Below are positions 46,090 to 56,800 of a stretch of 64,000 nucleotides of DNA, piece after piece; position 1 is the first letter of the stretch, and each line of letters starts with the position of its first letter. A model generated the notes under the pieces. That model searched no databases, had not been told where the DNA came from, and saw only the letters and a list, made by a program, of their open reading frames with translations. The translations under genes were made by a program, and so were the position numbers. The DNA lies in NCBI GenBank assembly GCA_038254115.1, contig JBBSGK010000001.1, forward strand, positions 2,713 to 66,712. Reading direction: 5' to 3'. This DNA comes from Candidatus Levyibacteriota bacterium (lineage in GTDB: Bacteria > Patescibacteriota > Microgenomatia > Levybacterales > UBA12049).

Positions 46090-48012
46090 ATGGGAAAAAT
46101 AATTGGAATAGATTTAGGAACAACAAATTCATGCGTTGCAGTAATGGAGGGTGGAAGTCCCAAAGTTATCCATTCGGCTGAAGGACGTAACACAATTCCC
46201 TCAGTTGTGGATCCGATCTCACACATTGTCGGTGATGTTGCAAAGCGCCAGATGGCTCTTAAGCCAAAAAGAACAATTTTCTCAATCAAGAGATTAATTG
46301 GGCGAAAGTTTAGCGATAAAACAGTTAAGGAAGATATCAAATGGCTTCCATACACTGTTAAGGCCGGGCGCGACGACATGGCAGTTGTTGAAGTTGAGGG
46401 GAAAACATTTACTCCTCAGGAGCTCTCAGCCCAAATTCTCCAAAAAATCAAAGCAGATGCGGAATCGTATCTTGGTGATAAAGTAACACAAGCTGTTATT
46501 ACAGTTCCTGCATATTTTGATGACAGTGAGCGTCAGGCAACCAAGCAAGCCGGTGAAATCGCGGGTCTTGAGGTATTGCGTATCATTAACGAGCCGACTG
46601 CAGCCGCGCTTGCATACGGACTGGATAAGAAAAACGCCCACACGATAGCAGTTTATGACTTGGGAGGGGGAACATTTGATATTTCTATTCTTGAGCTTGG
46701 AGAAGGCGTTTATCAAGTTAAATCAACCAATGGTGATACGCATCTTGGAGGAGATGATTTTGACCAAAAGATAATTAATTATCTCGCGGATGAATTCCAA
46801 AAAGAAAACGGAATTGATCTGAGAAAAGACCCCCAAGCGCTTCAAAGACTGAAAGAATCAGCAGAAAAAGCAAAAATTGAACTTTCAAGCAGTCAGGAAG
46901 CATCAATAAATCAGCCGTTTATTACCCAGGGAAAAGACGGACCGCTTCATCTTACCTTGAGTTTGTCCCGCTCAAAGCTTGAGCAAATCGTTGATGATCT
47001 GATCCAAAAAACACTAATTCCTTTAGAAAAAGCAGTCAAAGATGCTGGAGTTAAAGTGTCAGATGTCGAGGAAATTATTTTAGTTGGTGGAATGACCCGC
47101 ATGCCTAAAGTGGCTGAAGCAGTTGAAAAATTCTTTGGTAAAGAAGCCAACCGTTCAGTCAATCCTGATGAAGTTGTCGCAATCGGAGCCGCCGTACAGG
47201 CAGGAGTTTTGGGCGGTGAGGTCAAAGACGTATTGCTTTTGGATGTCACACCTTTGACTCTCGGGATTGAAACTCTCGGCAGTGTTTCAACTCCTTTGAT
47301 TGAGCGCAATACAACAATCCCGACCTCGAAATCTCAAACATTTTCAACGGCTGGTGATAATCAGACACAGGTTGAAATAAATGTTCTGCAGGGAGAGAGA
47401 CCAATGGCAGCAGACAATAAATCTTTGGGCCGATTTGATCTGCAAGGTATTCCTCCTGCTCCCCGTGGCGTCCCACAAGTAGAGGTCACGTTTGACTTGG
47501 ATGCCAACGGGATTTTGAATGTGTCCGCAAAAGACAAGGCAACCGGTAAGGAGAACAAAATCCAAATTACTGGGTCAACGGGGCTTTCAAAAGAAGAAGT
47601 TGAGAAAATGACCAAGGATGCTGAGGTAAATGCCAAAGAGGATGAGGAGAAAAAAGGAAAAATAGAAGCACGCAATCACGCGGATTCACTTATCTTTACT
47701 TCTGAAAAATCGCTGAAGGACGCAGGCGATAAATTAGCAGAAGATATCAAAAAAGAAGTTGAGGAAAAGATCAAAGCCCTAAAAGATATTTTGGATAGTG
47801 GTGCAAAAGAGGAATTGGAATCAAAAACCAACGAACTTTCAGAATCACTTCAAAAAATAGGGCAGGCTACATATCAAGAGGGACAAAAAGCGCAAGAAGA
47901 GCCGGAAATTGAGACAGAGGAAAAAGAGGGCAAAACGGAGACAGATGGTACAAAAGAGACAAAGGACAAAAAGGATAAAGACGAACCTGTTGAAGGGGAA
48001 GTTGTAGAATAA
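46090..48012 (+). CDS. dnaK: molecular chaperone DnaK (Hsp70)
   Basis: [14 protein letters not shown]…, …[12 protein letters not shown]… and …[11 protein letters not shown]… are Hsp70 motifs. Confidence 0.95.
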   Translation: MGKIIGIDLGTTNSCVAVMEGGSPKVIHSAEGRNTIPSVVDPISHIVGDVAKRQMALKPKRTIFSIKRLIGRKFSDKTVKEDIKWLPYTVKAGRDDMAVVEVEGKTFTPQELSAQILQKIKADAESYLGDKVTQAVITVPAYFDDSERQATKQAGEIAGLEVLRIINEPTAAALAYGLDKKNAHTIAVYDLGGGTFDISILELGEGVYQVKSTNGDTHLGGDDFDQKIINYLADEFQKENGIDLRKDPQALQRLKESAEKAKIELSSSQEASINQPFITQGKDGPLHLTLSLSRSKLEQIVDDLIQKTLIPLEKAVKDAGVKVSDVEEIILVGGMTRMPKVAEAVEKFFGKEANRSVNPDEVVAIGAAVQAGVLGGEVKDVLLLDVTPLTLGIETLGSVSTPLIERNTTIPTSKSQTFSTAGDNQTQVEINVLQGERPMAADNKSLGRFDLQGIPPAPRGVPQVEVTFDLDANGILNVSAKDKATGKENKIQITGSTGLSKEEVEKMTKDAEVNAKEDEEKKGKIEARNHADSLIFTSEKSLKDAGDKLAEDIKKEVEEKIKALKDILDSGAKEELESKTNELSESLQKIGQATYQEGQKAQEEPEIETEEKEGKTETDGTKETKDKKDKDEPVEGEVVE

Positions 48013-48077
48013 AGTTTGGAGTAAGTTGATCGCATTAATTTTTAGGCGCGGAAGCGTTTTTTTAGTATAATAGGCAT

Positions 48078-48941
48078 ATGGCAGACAAAGATTATTACAG
48101 TGTACTTGGAGTTTCCAAATCGGCATCGGCCGATGAGATAAAAAAGGCCTACCGCAAACTTGCCTTGGAATATCATCCTGACCGGAATAAAGGTAAAGAG
48201 GCAGGAGCTAAATTCAAAGAAGTGACCAAGGCCTACGAAGTCTTATCCAACGAGGAAAAAAGGAAAACTTATGATCAGGTGGGACATTCAGGTTTTGAGC
48301 AAGGAGGATTTGGCGGAGCAGGAGGACCAGCTGGCGGGCAGCAGGGCGGACAATATGGGCCATTTTCATATACCTATTCGGCAGGTGGAAATGGAGCAAA
48401 TTTTGACTTTGGAGGATTCTCGGATCCTTTTGAAATATTTGAGCAGTTTTTTGGCGGAGCGTCTCCATTCGGTTCGCATGAAAGACGGGATTCTTATTCT
48501 ATGAGAATTAGTTTTGATGAAGCAGTCCATGGCGCAGAAAAACAGGTAAATATAAAAGGAAAAAGTCAGAAGATAAAAATCCCCCAAGGCGTAGACCGCG
48601 GATCTCGCATAAGATTTGGTGATTACGACGTAGTAATAGATGTAGGTCAAAGTGATAAATTTGGACGTGAAGGATATAATATAGTTTCAGAAAAAGAGAT
48701 TTCTTTTCCTCAGGCAGCACTTGGTGGTGAGATGAAGGTTGAGACAATTGATGGGGAAGTAAAAATCCGGATACCTGCCGGTACACAGCCTGAGACTGTA
48801 ATCCGCCTCGCGGGTAGGGGGGTAAAGCATGTGCAGGGAAATGGGCGGGGAGATCACTATGTCAGGATAAAGATAACAATCCCCAAAAAACTAACACGTC
48901 AACAAAAAGAACTCCTGGAAAAGCTCCAAAACTCCACATAA
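48078..48941 (+). CDS. dnaJ: J-domain co-chaperone (type II DnaJ/CbpA-like, lacking the Cys-rich zinc-finger region)
   Basis: It has a J-domain with HPD (…YHPDRNKG…) and a G/F-rich linker. There are no CxxCxGxG repeats, but the C-terminal substrate-binding domains are present. Confidence 0.8.
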   Translation: MADKDYYSVLGVSKSASADEIKKAYRKLALEYHPDRNKGKEAGAKFKEVTKAYEVLSNEEKRKTYDQVGHSGFEQGGFGGAGGPAGGQQGGQYGPFSYTYSAGGNGANFDFGGFSDPFEIFEQFFGGASPFGSHERRDSYSMRISFDEAVHGAEKQVNIKGKSQKIKIPQGVDRGSRIRFGDYDVVIDVGQSDKFGREGYNIVSEKEISFPQAALGGEMKVETIDGEVKIRIPAGTQPETVIRLAGRGVKHVQGNGRGDHYVRIKITIPKKLTRQQKELLEKLQNST

Positions 48942-48992
48942 AAGTAATCCTATAATTGACAAAAGGCTCATAGTATGATATAAAACAGTTCT

Positions 48993-49691
48993 ATGGCAAT
49001 GGAAATGGAGGACTTAGCAGGAAGAGGTCGGGGTACACATCCTGTTTGGGCGAAAGAACTCGCAAGACTTGCCCGTCTTTTTAGAGAAGCAGGTGGGCCT
49101 GAACGCTTTCCTGTAGAGGAAGAGTTGGGCGCTAGGCAATTTTCTAAAGAGCAGATGGTAGGGTTAAAAGGAGTAGGTTTTGATTTTTTTGTAGACATAG
49201 AGTCAAAAACCGTTGAGCAGTTATTGGAGGAAGCGCCTGGACGCATTAAAAAAGGTGATAAACGTATGAAGTTGCCGGCCGGATCGCCTAAAGTTCGTAA
49301 TGTTGCCGTACGAACAGCAGGGTTAGTTATCCCTGGTAGCAATAACTTGTCATTCCACCAGCAAAGTGAGAAATTAGCAGAGTGGGAGCAGGAAATTAGG
49401 AGTAGGCAGTTGGAAAGAGGAACTCTTGATGGAGTTGGTTTTGGAATTGGACACCCTTCAGAGCATTTGCAGATTGATCTTGCCTATCAAAATGCAAATA
49501 GTGGGCTGCCTCTTTATTCAGAAATATTTGCATGCAGCGATTCCCCGGATGAGCCCAATGCTGATAATGCGATAATTATTGGGCGGATTGATCCTAATGA
49601 TCCGCCGACAATTTATAATGATCCCGGTGTAGCTCACCGCCGGGTTTATGTGGCTCCAGTTGCTTATCCACTCCCAGTATTAAGAAAATAA
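48993..49691 (+). CDS. hypothetical protein in a compositionally distinct, GC-richer segment
   Basis: It is a 232-aa ORF rich in Gly/Arg/Pro (…IDPNDPPTIYNDPGVAHRRVYVAPV…). The sequence is visibly more GC-rich than its flanks, which also produces a spurious antisense ORF at 48968..49342. Confidence 0.45.
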   Translation: MAMEMEDLAGRGRGTHPVWAKELARLARLFREAGGPERFPVEEELGARQFSKEQMVGLKGVGFDFFVDIESKTVEQLLEEAPGRIKKGDKRMKLPAGSPKVRNVAVRTAGLVIPGSNNLSFHQQSEKLAEWEQEIRSRQLERGTLDGVGFGIGHPSEHLQIDLAYQNANSGLPLYSEIFACSDSPDEPNADNAIIIGRIDPNDPPTIYNDPGVAHRRVYVAPVAYPLPVLRK

Positions 49692-49842
49692 TTACTTTTA
49701 TTTTTAGGTTTAAGATAGTTATTACACTCACAAAACTAAGAACTTCTGGAAAAATTCACTGATTAGTTACAAGGCGGATTTACCTCAATATTTATGTTAA
49801 GCATGCTTGTTTATTGAAGTATTTTTGTGCTACTGTTAAAGT

Positions 49843-50139
49843 ATGGCACTTTGCGGAGTAAACGAGGTAAGTACTGACTTTGGTTGTTTTAAAAATGATC
49901 CGATCGGATTTGTTCAGCAATTCTATGGTATTGGTTTGGCATTTGTAGGAGCTGTGTCCCTAATCGCAATCATCATCGGCGGTTATACTATCATGACATC
50001 GCAAGGTGATCCTCAGCGCGTGCGGTCAGGAAAATCCTGGATTTTTTACGCTATTGGGGGATTACTTCTTGCAATTTTTGGATTTGTTATTATTCAGACA
50101 ATTGCAGGGGGTATATTGAAGGTTCCAGGTTTTCAATAG
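49843..50139 (+). CDS. small two-TM hairpin protein with TrbC/VirB2-type pilin-like topology (tentative)
   Basis: It is 98 aa: hydrophobic helix YGIGLAFVGAVSLIAIIIGGYTIM, short polar loop TSQGDPQRVRSGKS, hydrophobic helix WIFYAIGGLLLAIFGFVIIQTIAGGIL. It lies 6 nt upstream of the giant membrane protein. Confidence 0.4.
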   Translation: MALCGVNEVSTDFGCFKNDPIGFVQQFYGIGLAFVGAVSLIAIIIGGYTIMTSQGDPQRVRSGKSWIFYAIGGLLLAIFGFVIIQTIAGGILKVPGFQ

Positions 50140-50145
50140 TTAGAT

Positions 50146-53100
50146 ATGAAAAAATTTCTGCCCGCTTTTTTATTAAGTATTAGTTTTTTTGCTATACTTT
50201 TCATTTTTCCGCATAAAGTTCATGCTGATCCCGTTACGATAGATAAAGCACCTGTTACTGCTGATGACAAATGGGTTATAGATCCTGAGGTCACATTTAT
50301 CGGTAAAAACGCAGCAAGGTCGGGTAATCTATTAAACTTCACACTTCTAAATTATCATTGGGTCTGCGTAAAACAGCTTCCTAGCGGACAGTGTGATGAT
50401 AGTAAAAATCCTATTGCCGCGGTCTGGTTAACAACCGTTACATATATCGTTGTACCGCTTCTTTTTGTAGTTATTCTTGCAACGGCAATCATAATTATTG
50501 TGACCCGCGGACGCAGTATTACCGTTATGCGTTTTCTGCCGCGGTTTGTTGCGGTTATCATATTGATATTTTTCTCTTTTGCGCTTCTTCAATTTTTCTA
50601 TCAATTTGTAGATGTAATTCAGGGATTTTTCCTGCGGTCTCATTCAGGAGCTTGCCCTCCTGACTGTATTTCGAATGCTGATTTGCTGTATGTAGGATGG
50701 AAATATCAGGATTTCCAAGGCCTTAGGTTATTGGGGGATAAAAATACAGAATCGGCTTTTATCACTCTACTTCTTACCAAATTAACAGCCCTTACTTACT
50801 TTGTGATGGTTGGATTACTTTTTCTTAGAAAAGTAATTCTTTGGCTTTTTATAATTGTATCTCCAATTTTTCCACTTCTTCTACTATATTATCCAGTTAG
50901 AAATACCGGTAAAATCTGGATTGGAGAATTCTTCCGCTGGTTACTTTATGCTCCACTATTTGCCATTTTTCTAAAAGGGCTCGTATCGTTATGGAGAGCA
51001 GGAATTCCACTAGTATTTACAACGGTTTCCCATAGCGACCCAAACCTTATTGTATACCCGACAGCCGTTAATATTCTTTTGGGCGGACCCAAAGAATTTG
51101 TAACCCTCGGCAATAGCATCAATCTCACAGAAACATTTGCTTTGTATGTCGTATCCCTCCTTATGTTGTGGGGAGTAATAATATTGCCATGGATACTTTT
51201 GCAGATTTTTCTTGATTATGCATCCAATTTGGGAGTTGGAGATAGCGCAGTAATGAAGAACATGATTAATATGGTTAATAATAGGCAGGGAGTGCCACCA
51301 TCTCCATCATCACATCCTCCTGCAGGCGGGGGAGCGACTATAAATCTTCCATTCACCAAGAAATTCAGTATGCCGGTTCCACCGAGCGCTCCGACCGGTA
51401 CAGCCCGGGAAATTCCTGTGTCTTCCTCTAAATTCTCAACAACCGCATTTATGCCATCGGCGCAGGTCAAGGCTCAGGTATTAACTCTTACGAACATGTC
51501 TCTTCCAACGATGCGCGATATTGCCAAATATGATACATCCCTCATATCCCGCGATAGCTCTACTAAGAAAGAAGCTTTGACTATCAGGGACAATCTTATC
51601 AAGATCGGCAATCCGGAATCGGCAACGTCAACCAGCGATAAGGAAAGATATGTTGAAATCCGGGAAAAACTAACACAGGAAAGTACTAAGGGAAATACTC
51701 TGGCAACATCTATTCTAAGCGCTGCGAGTACAGTTTCAAGACGAAGTAGTCAGGCATCAACATCTCAGATTAAGAGTATGCTTACTCAGATTGCCAATCC
51801 ACAAGCCGCGTCTGCTGCGGGAGCAACATCTGTTATCAACAGGGAAAAACTATCGAAGTTGAATGAATCCCTGACGAAAGAGAAAAAAGAAGGCAACACT
51901 TTGGCTGCTTCTATCCTTTCGGTAAACGAAAAAACATCCTCAGCCGAAATCGAAAAACTCCAAGAGAAGATATTGGATGCAAAGACAAAGGGAGAACCTG
52001 TTGGAGTACAGCTTGCAAATGCGTTACAGAAGAAAGAAGCATTGCCTCTTGCAAACAGAGTCCAAACTGTAAGTAAAGAAGACTACCAAGCAGTAAAGGA
52101 TATGTGGAAAGAGAATTACAAAAATCTTGAGGTTCCTCAAGGAATGGCAGGGACAAGGGAAGAATGGGTAAAGGATGATATAGCAAAGATAGACAGTATT
52201 ATCGGACTTTTGGATTCAAAGGATGATGAAAAGATTGCTCAGGGAATGGAAGAGGTCTCAAGCATTTTGCCTTTCCTTTTGGTTGGCGGTTTCTCACAGA
52301 CGGAAATTATTTCTTATCTTAAAGCCAAACAGGATGCTGCAAAAGAGGTAACTGTGGAATTGACGCAGGAAGAAGAAGATAAAGTTTCGGTTTCGGTAAA
52401 AAAGACCGCAACTGCCCAGCAGACTATGTCAGCAACTATCCCGGAGTCATCAGAAGATGATACAGATGGTTCGGATTTGAGTAACGCTTCTGCAAAAGCT
52501 GGCTCCAAGGTCATTCCTAATGCGTCGGTTGATATTTTAAATATGGCCAATCTTGAGCTGCCCAAATTAACAGACATCGTGAAATACGAAATGAGGCATC
52601 TTACAAAAGATAAAACCGAGTCTGAAAGAATAGAAAAAATGCACGGAGTGCTCGAGAGAATTGGAAATCCTGCATCTATTCAGTCTGAAGCGGAGCGGAA
52701 TCAATACGAGACTCTCCGTGAAAAGCTTGGGGAAGAAAGCCTAAGTGGCAATGCTACGGCATCCACAATTCTTTCTGCTGTTTCGAGGTTAACTCAGACA
52801 ACATCGGACATTGATGCGACTCTTGTTGAACTAAAAACAATCCTCAAACAAATTGCGAATCCACAAAACTTAGAGTCTAGTGAAGACCGTGATTATTACA
52901 CCCGGCTTCACCAATATCTTGAAAATGAAATTAAACAAAATAGTAGTACCGTTTCCCAAAGTATTCTTTCGGTAAACGACACCACCAAGATGTCAGATAT
53001 TCAAAATATTAAGGAACAACTGAGCATAGGTAATAATGCAGGAAGTCCCGCGCTTCCGCAATTGACGTCCGCAGTAAATGATGTTTCAAGAGCAAGGCAG

Positions 53101-53793
53101 TTGAGATCAGTGATCTCACAGATTCTTGCACCTGCTGAAATAAAATCGCAAGTTGATAAAAAGACCTATACAACTATCAAAAAATCAATAGACGATGCAA
53201 GTAAAAAGGGCGATTCTTTAGCTGCCTCATTACTATCAATCAATTCTAAAACTCCGGACATTGTCCTTACTCAAATGCACAAAAAACTTGTAGATGCAGG
53301 AAATAAAGGTGACGAAACGGCAAAGACAATTCTTGCGCAAGTTTCAGAACCACTCGCTTTATCCAGCGTAAGCCGTTTGCAGGAAGTAAAGCCTGAAGAA
53401 TACGAAGAGGCAAAAGAGCTATGGAAGAAAGCATATATGCAGTATTTTGTTCCCTCAGGATTTACAGAAGATGTTAAAGGAAGACTAGAATGGATAAATA
53501 ACGATGCCCTCGATATTGAAGACACAATTGGGCTCTTGCAGTCACCGGACGCAGAAAAGAAAAACACGGGACTAAAAAAAGTTTCAAGTATATTGCCATT
53601 CCTTCTTCTAGGAGGTTTCTCAACTTCTGAAATGATTCAATATCTTCAAACTAAACTGGATGCGGCAAAGGAAGCAATTACAGCTATAAATGCGGAGGAA
53701 GATAAATCAGTCCAGGTTGCTGTAAAAAAAGATGAAAAGGCTGAAGATAAAGCAATGAGTGAGGAAGTTCCTGATGAAGAAGAAAAGAAATAA
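50146..53793 (+). CDS. giant membrane protein with a signal peptide, an N-terminal polytopic (about 6-7 TM, VirB6/TrbL-like topology, tentative) domain and a roughly 830-aa hydrophilic C-terminal region built from repeated helical modules
   Basis: The signal peptide is MKKFLPAFLLSISFFAILFIFPHKVHA, followed by TM clusters through about aa 370. The C-terminal region contains two roughly 300-390-aa super-repeats, each with 2-3 copies of a roughly 75-aa module (…NP…K[DE][KR]Y…L…KGN.LA.SILS[VI]N[DE].T…) and a conserved roughly 90-aa end module (…WK..Y…VP.G…IGLL.S.D.EK…VSSILPFLL.GGFS..E.I.YL..K.DAAKE). Confidence 0.5.
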   Translation: MKKFLPAFLLSISFFAILFIFPHKVHADPVTIDKAPVTADDKWVIDPEVTFIGKNAARSGNLLNFTLLNYHWVCVKQLPSGQCDDSKNPIAAVWLTTVTYIVVPLLFVVILATAIIIIVTRGRSITVMRFLPRFVAVIILIFFSFALLQFFYQFVDVIQGFFLRSHSGACPPDCISNADLLYVGWKYQDFQGLRLLGDKNTESAFITLLLTKLTALTYFVMVGLLFLRKVILWLFIIVSPIFPLLLLYYPVRNTGKIWIGEFFRWLLYAPLFAIFLKGLVSLWRAGIPLVFTTVSHSDPNLIVYPTAVNILLGGPKEFVTLGNSINLTETFALYVVSLLMLWGVIILPWILLQIFLDYASNLGVGDSAVMKNMINMVNNRQGVPPSPSSHPPAGGGATINLPFTKKFSMPVPPSAPTGTAREIPVSSSKFSTTAFMPSAQVKAQVLTLTNMSLPTMRDIAKYDTSLISRDSSTKKEALTIRDNLIKIGNPESATSTSDKERYVEIREKLTQESTKGNTLATSILSAASTVSRRSSQASTSQIKSMLTQIANPQAASAAGATSVINREKLSKLNESLTKEKKEGNTLAASILSVNEKTSSAEIEKLQEKILDAKTKGEPVGVQLANALQKKEALPLANRVQTVSKEDYQAVKDMWKENYKNLEVPQGMAGTREEWVKDDIAKIDSIIGLLDSKDDEKIAQGMEEVSSILPFLLVGGFSQTEIISYLKAKQDAAKEVTVELTQEEEDKVSVSVKKTATAQQTMSATIPESSEDDTDGSDLSNASAKAGSKVIPNASVDILNMANLELPKLTDIVKYEMRHLTKDKTESERIEKMHGVLERIGNPASIQSEAERNQYETLREKLGEESLSGNATASTILSAVSRLTQTTSDIDATLVELKTILKQIANPQNLESSEDRDYYTRLHQYLENEIKQNSSTVSQSILSVNDTTKMSDIQNIKEQLSIGNNAGSPALPQLTSAVNDVSRARQLRSVISQILAPAEIKSQVDKKTYTTIKKSIDDASKKGDSLAASLLSINSKTPDIVLTQMHKKLVDAGNKGDETAKTILAQVSEPLALSSVSRLQEVKPEEYEEAKELWKKAYMQYFVPSGFTEDVKGRLEWINNDALDIEDTIGLLQSPDAEKKNTGLKKVSSILPFLLLGGFSTSEMIQYLQTKLDAAKEAITAINAEEDKSVQVAVKKDEKAEDKAMSEEVPDEEEKK

Positions 53794-53870
53794 ATTTACA
53801 AGTCAGTTTATGTAAATATGTTGACTTGTTATTTATCGGAATTTAGTATTTAATAGAAGATAATTGTATT

Positions 53871-56800
53871 ATGTTTGGAACTTTTTTTAATTCAAAAAAG
53901 CCGGACGAAGCAGATGCAAGCAATATTCCTGCCCAGCCGATAACGGATCAGAATCCACCGGTTGTCGGATTAGCGCAAGCTCCTGCTTCGGCGCCTTTAT
54001 CTCAAGAGCCTGTTTCCCCAAGTCCTGTGTCAACGCAAGCGCCCAATCATGATCTCAGTATTCAGAATTCAGCAGTTAACCAACAACCAGTGAGTGTCGC
54101 ACCTCAATCTATAAATAATCCGGCCGTGCGGGCTGATACATCGGCTCTTTCTCATCTCGATCCAAGGGCGGGACAAGTCCTAACACATGCGCAGGAGGAG
54201 ACAAAAAGGATTAAGCAGCAATTTATAGAGCCTTCTCAAATTATATTTGGTCTATTGTATGATGAGCAGGTTTATAAGCTTCTCTCCGAATTCCAAGCTG
54301 ATGGTGGAGCTCTTTCCAAAGAAATACAGTCGAAGGAAGTAATGGGAGTTTTTCGAAGCCAGCCGGCTCTCAGTAAAGTAGCGATGGCTGTTTTTGATCA
54401 GGCGTATAAAGATGCCAAAATGCGTGGATCAAACTTCGTAACACCTGAGGATTTATTGATAGTATTATTTGATCCGCAGTTTGGCGTATCCGGCTCTTTG
54501 GAGTCCCGCGGTCTTAAGAAAGAAGCAGTTGTTGAAAAAGTTTCAAAAAATCCCAATCTAAATTTTGGCAAAAAAACCATTCTTGAAAAATACGGAGTCG
54601 ATCTGAATGAAGAAGCAAGAGCGGGTAAACTTGATCCAATCGCCGGCCGTGACGAAGAAATTGACAGAATCATTCACATCCTTTTGCGTAGGACAAAAAA
54701 CAATCCGATTATAATTGGTGAGACGGGGGTTGGTAAAACCGCAATTGTTGAAGGATTAGCACAAAAAATAGTAGCAGGACAAGTTCCAAAAGATTTGGCC
54801 GAAAAAAGAGTTTTTCAGCTCGATGTTGCCTCTTTGGTGGCCGGGGCCTCTCACCGCGGAGAATTTGAAGAAAGACTAAGAGGAGTTATCAATGAAGTGC
54901 TGGGATCAGGCAACAAGATAATTCTTTTTATTGATGAAATTCACTCCCTCATGGGAACAGGTGAGGAGGGGATGAATGCTGCGAACATTATAAAACCCCA
55001 TCTTGCCAGAGGCCATTTACAGTTAATTGGCGCTACAACAACTATTGAATACAGAAGAAATTTTGAAAAAGATAAAGCTTTTGAGCGCCGTTTTCAGCCC
55101 GTTACAGCCGAGGAACCATCTGAGGAACACGCTTTTGAGATGCTTAAAGTTATTAGACCAAAGTATGAAAAATTTCACAAGATTACTATTTCTGATGATA
55201 CTCTGATGGAATGCGTGAAACTCTCCAAAAAATACATTGGGGAACGCTATCTACCAGACAAAGCTGTGGATTTGCTTGATGAAGCAGGGTCTGAGGTACA
55301 CCTTCAGGCGGATGAAGGTAAAAGAGGCGATAATCAGGTTAAAAAAACTGATATTGAAAAAGTGGTTAGCGGATGGACAGGAATTCCAATTACCAAATTG
55401 ACTGAGGATGAATCGGAAAAGCTTCTAAAATTGGAAGACAGAATACACCATAGATTGATAGATCAGATGGAGGCAGTTGTTGCTGTATCAGAAGCAGTCC
55501 GGCGCGGACGGATTGGTTTGGCTGCTGCTAACCGGCCGATTGCATCGTTCGTTTTCCTAGGCCCTACTGGGGTCGGTAAAACAGAGCTTGCTAAAACACT
55601 CGCCGAGCTTCTCTTTGGCCGTGATGATGCAATGGCAAGGCTTGATATGTCAGAGTATATGGAGAAGCATGAAGTGGCGAAGCTTATCGGAGCGCCTCCG
55701 GGGTATGTCGGATATGAAGAGGGAGGTCAATTGACAGAGGCGGTCAGGAAAAAGCCGTATTCCATTGTTTTGTTTGACGAGATAGAAAAAGCTCATCCTG
55801 ATGTTTTCAATATTTTGCTCCAGCTTCTTGAGGACGGACGGCTTACGGATAATAAAGGAAATACAATATCATTTAAAAACACTATTGTCATTTGTACATC
55901 AAACATCGGGAGCTCGCTGATTCAGGAAAAGCTTAGCCAGGTTGATTCCAAGGAGAAAAAATCAGCTGAAGAATCCGCAAAGACATTTAAAGAGCTCTCA
56001 GAAGTTGTCAAGCAGGAGCTAATCAAATTTTTCCGGCCTGAATTACTTAACCGTTTTGACGATGTTGTGATTTTCAAACCCCTTCTTCAGGAGCATATGG
56101 CAGGAATTGCCCGATTGGGAATTGCCAAAACAGCAGGTCTTCTAAAAGAGCAGGGATTTACTCTTCAGATTACCGAAAAAGGTGTCGCGCAACTCGCAAA
56201 AGACGGTTATGATCCGGTATATGGCGCCAGACCTCTTAGGCGTTTGATCCAGACAGCTATAGAAAATCCAATTGCTCTTGAGATCATTTCCAAAAAATTT
56301 GAGGCCGGGGATACTATCGTTGTTGATTACAATGATACCAACAATGAATTTACATTTTCCAAGGGTCAGGATAGTGTGAATGAATCGGAAAATCTAAAAA
56401 AGACACTCCTTGAGATAAATAACCCCGGCGCCATATCAGATACTGCCAAGAAAGATAAGTATACAAGACTTCATGATGAATTGGTTCCAGCAAGTAAACA
56501 GGGAGATAAACTTTCGGAAGCAATCCTTTCGGTAAACGAAGGCACATCTGATGAAGTGATTAAAAAAATATTGGAAGATCTGAAAATAGCGCAAAATAAA
56601 GGGAATCAGCTTGCGTCCGATATAATGGCCATAGTGGGTGCGGAAAATGTCAAAGAAGCTGAGATAACTCACGATGCAGCTCCGGTTACAAAATTTAAGA
56701 AAACCCTGCAACAGGTAATAAATCCTCTCTACCTTGCGGCACCGGGCAATAAAGATAAGTTTAGCGCATTATATGATAAGCTCACTACTGCAAATCAGGA

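Noticed and set aside
46426-47675. Multiple 70-140-aa antisense ORFs inside dnaK (and similar ones inside xfp, the Clp genes and metG)
   Set aside because: They are nested within strongly supported conserved genes on the opposite strand and are typical out-of-frame artefacts.
48968-49342. 124-aa minus-strand ORF
   Set aside because: It is antisense to the longer, co-oriented 232-aa ORF and is a by-product of locally higher GC.
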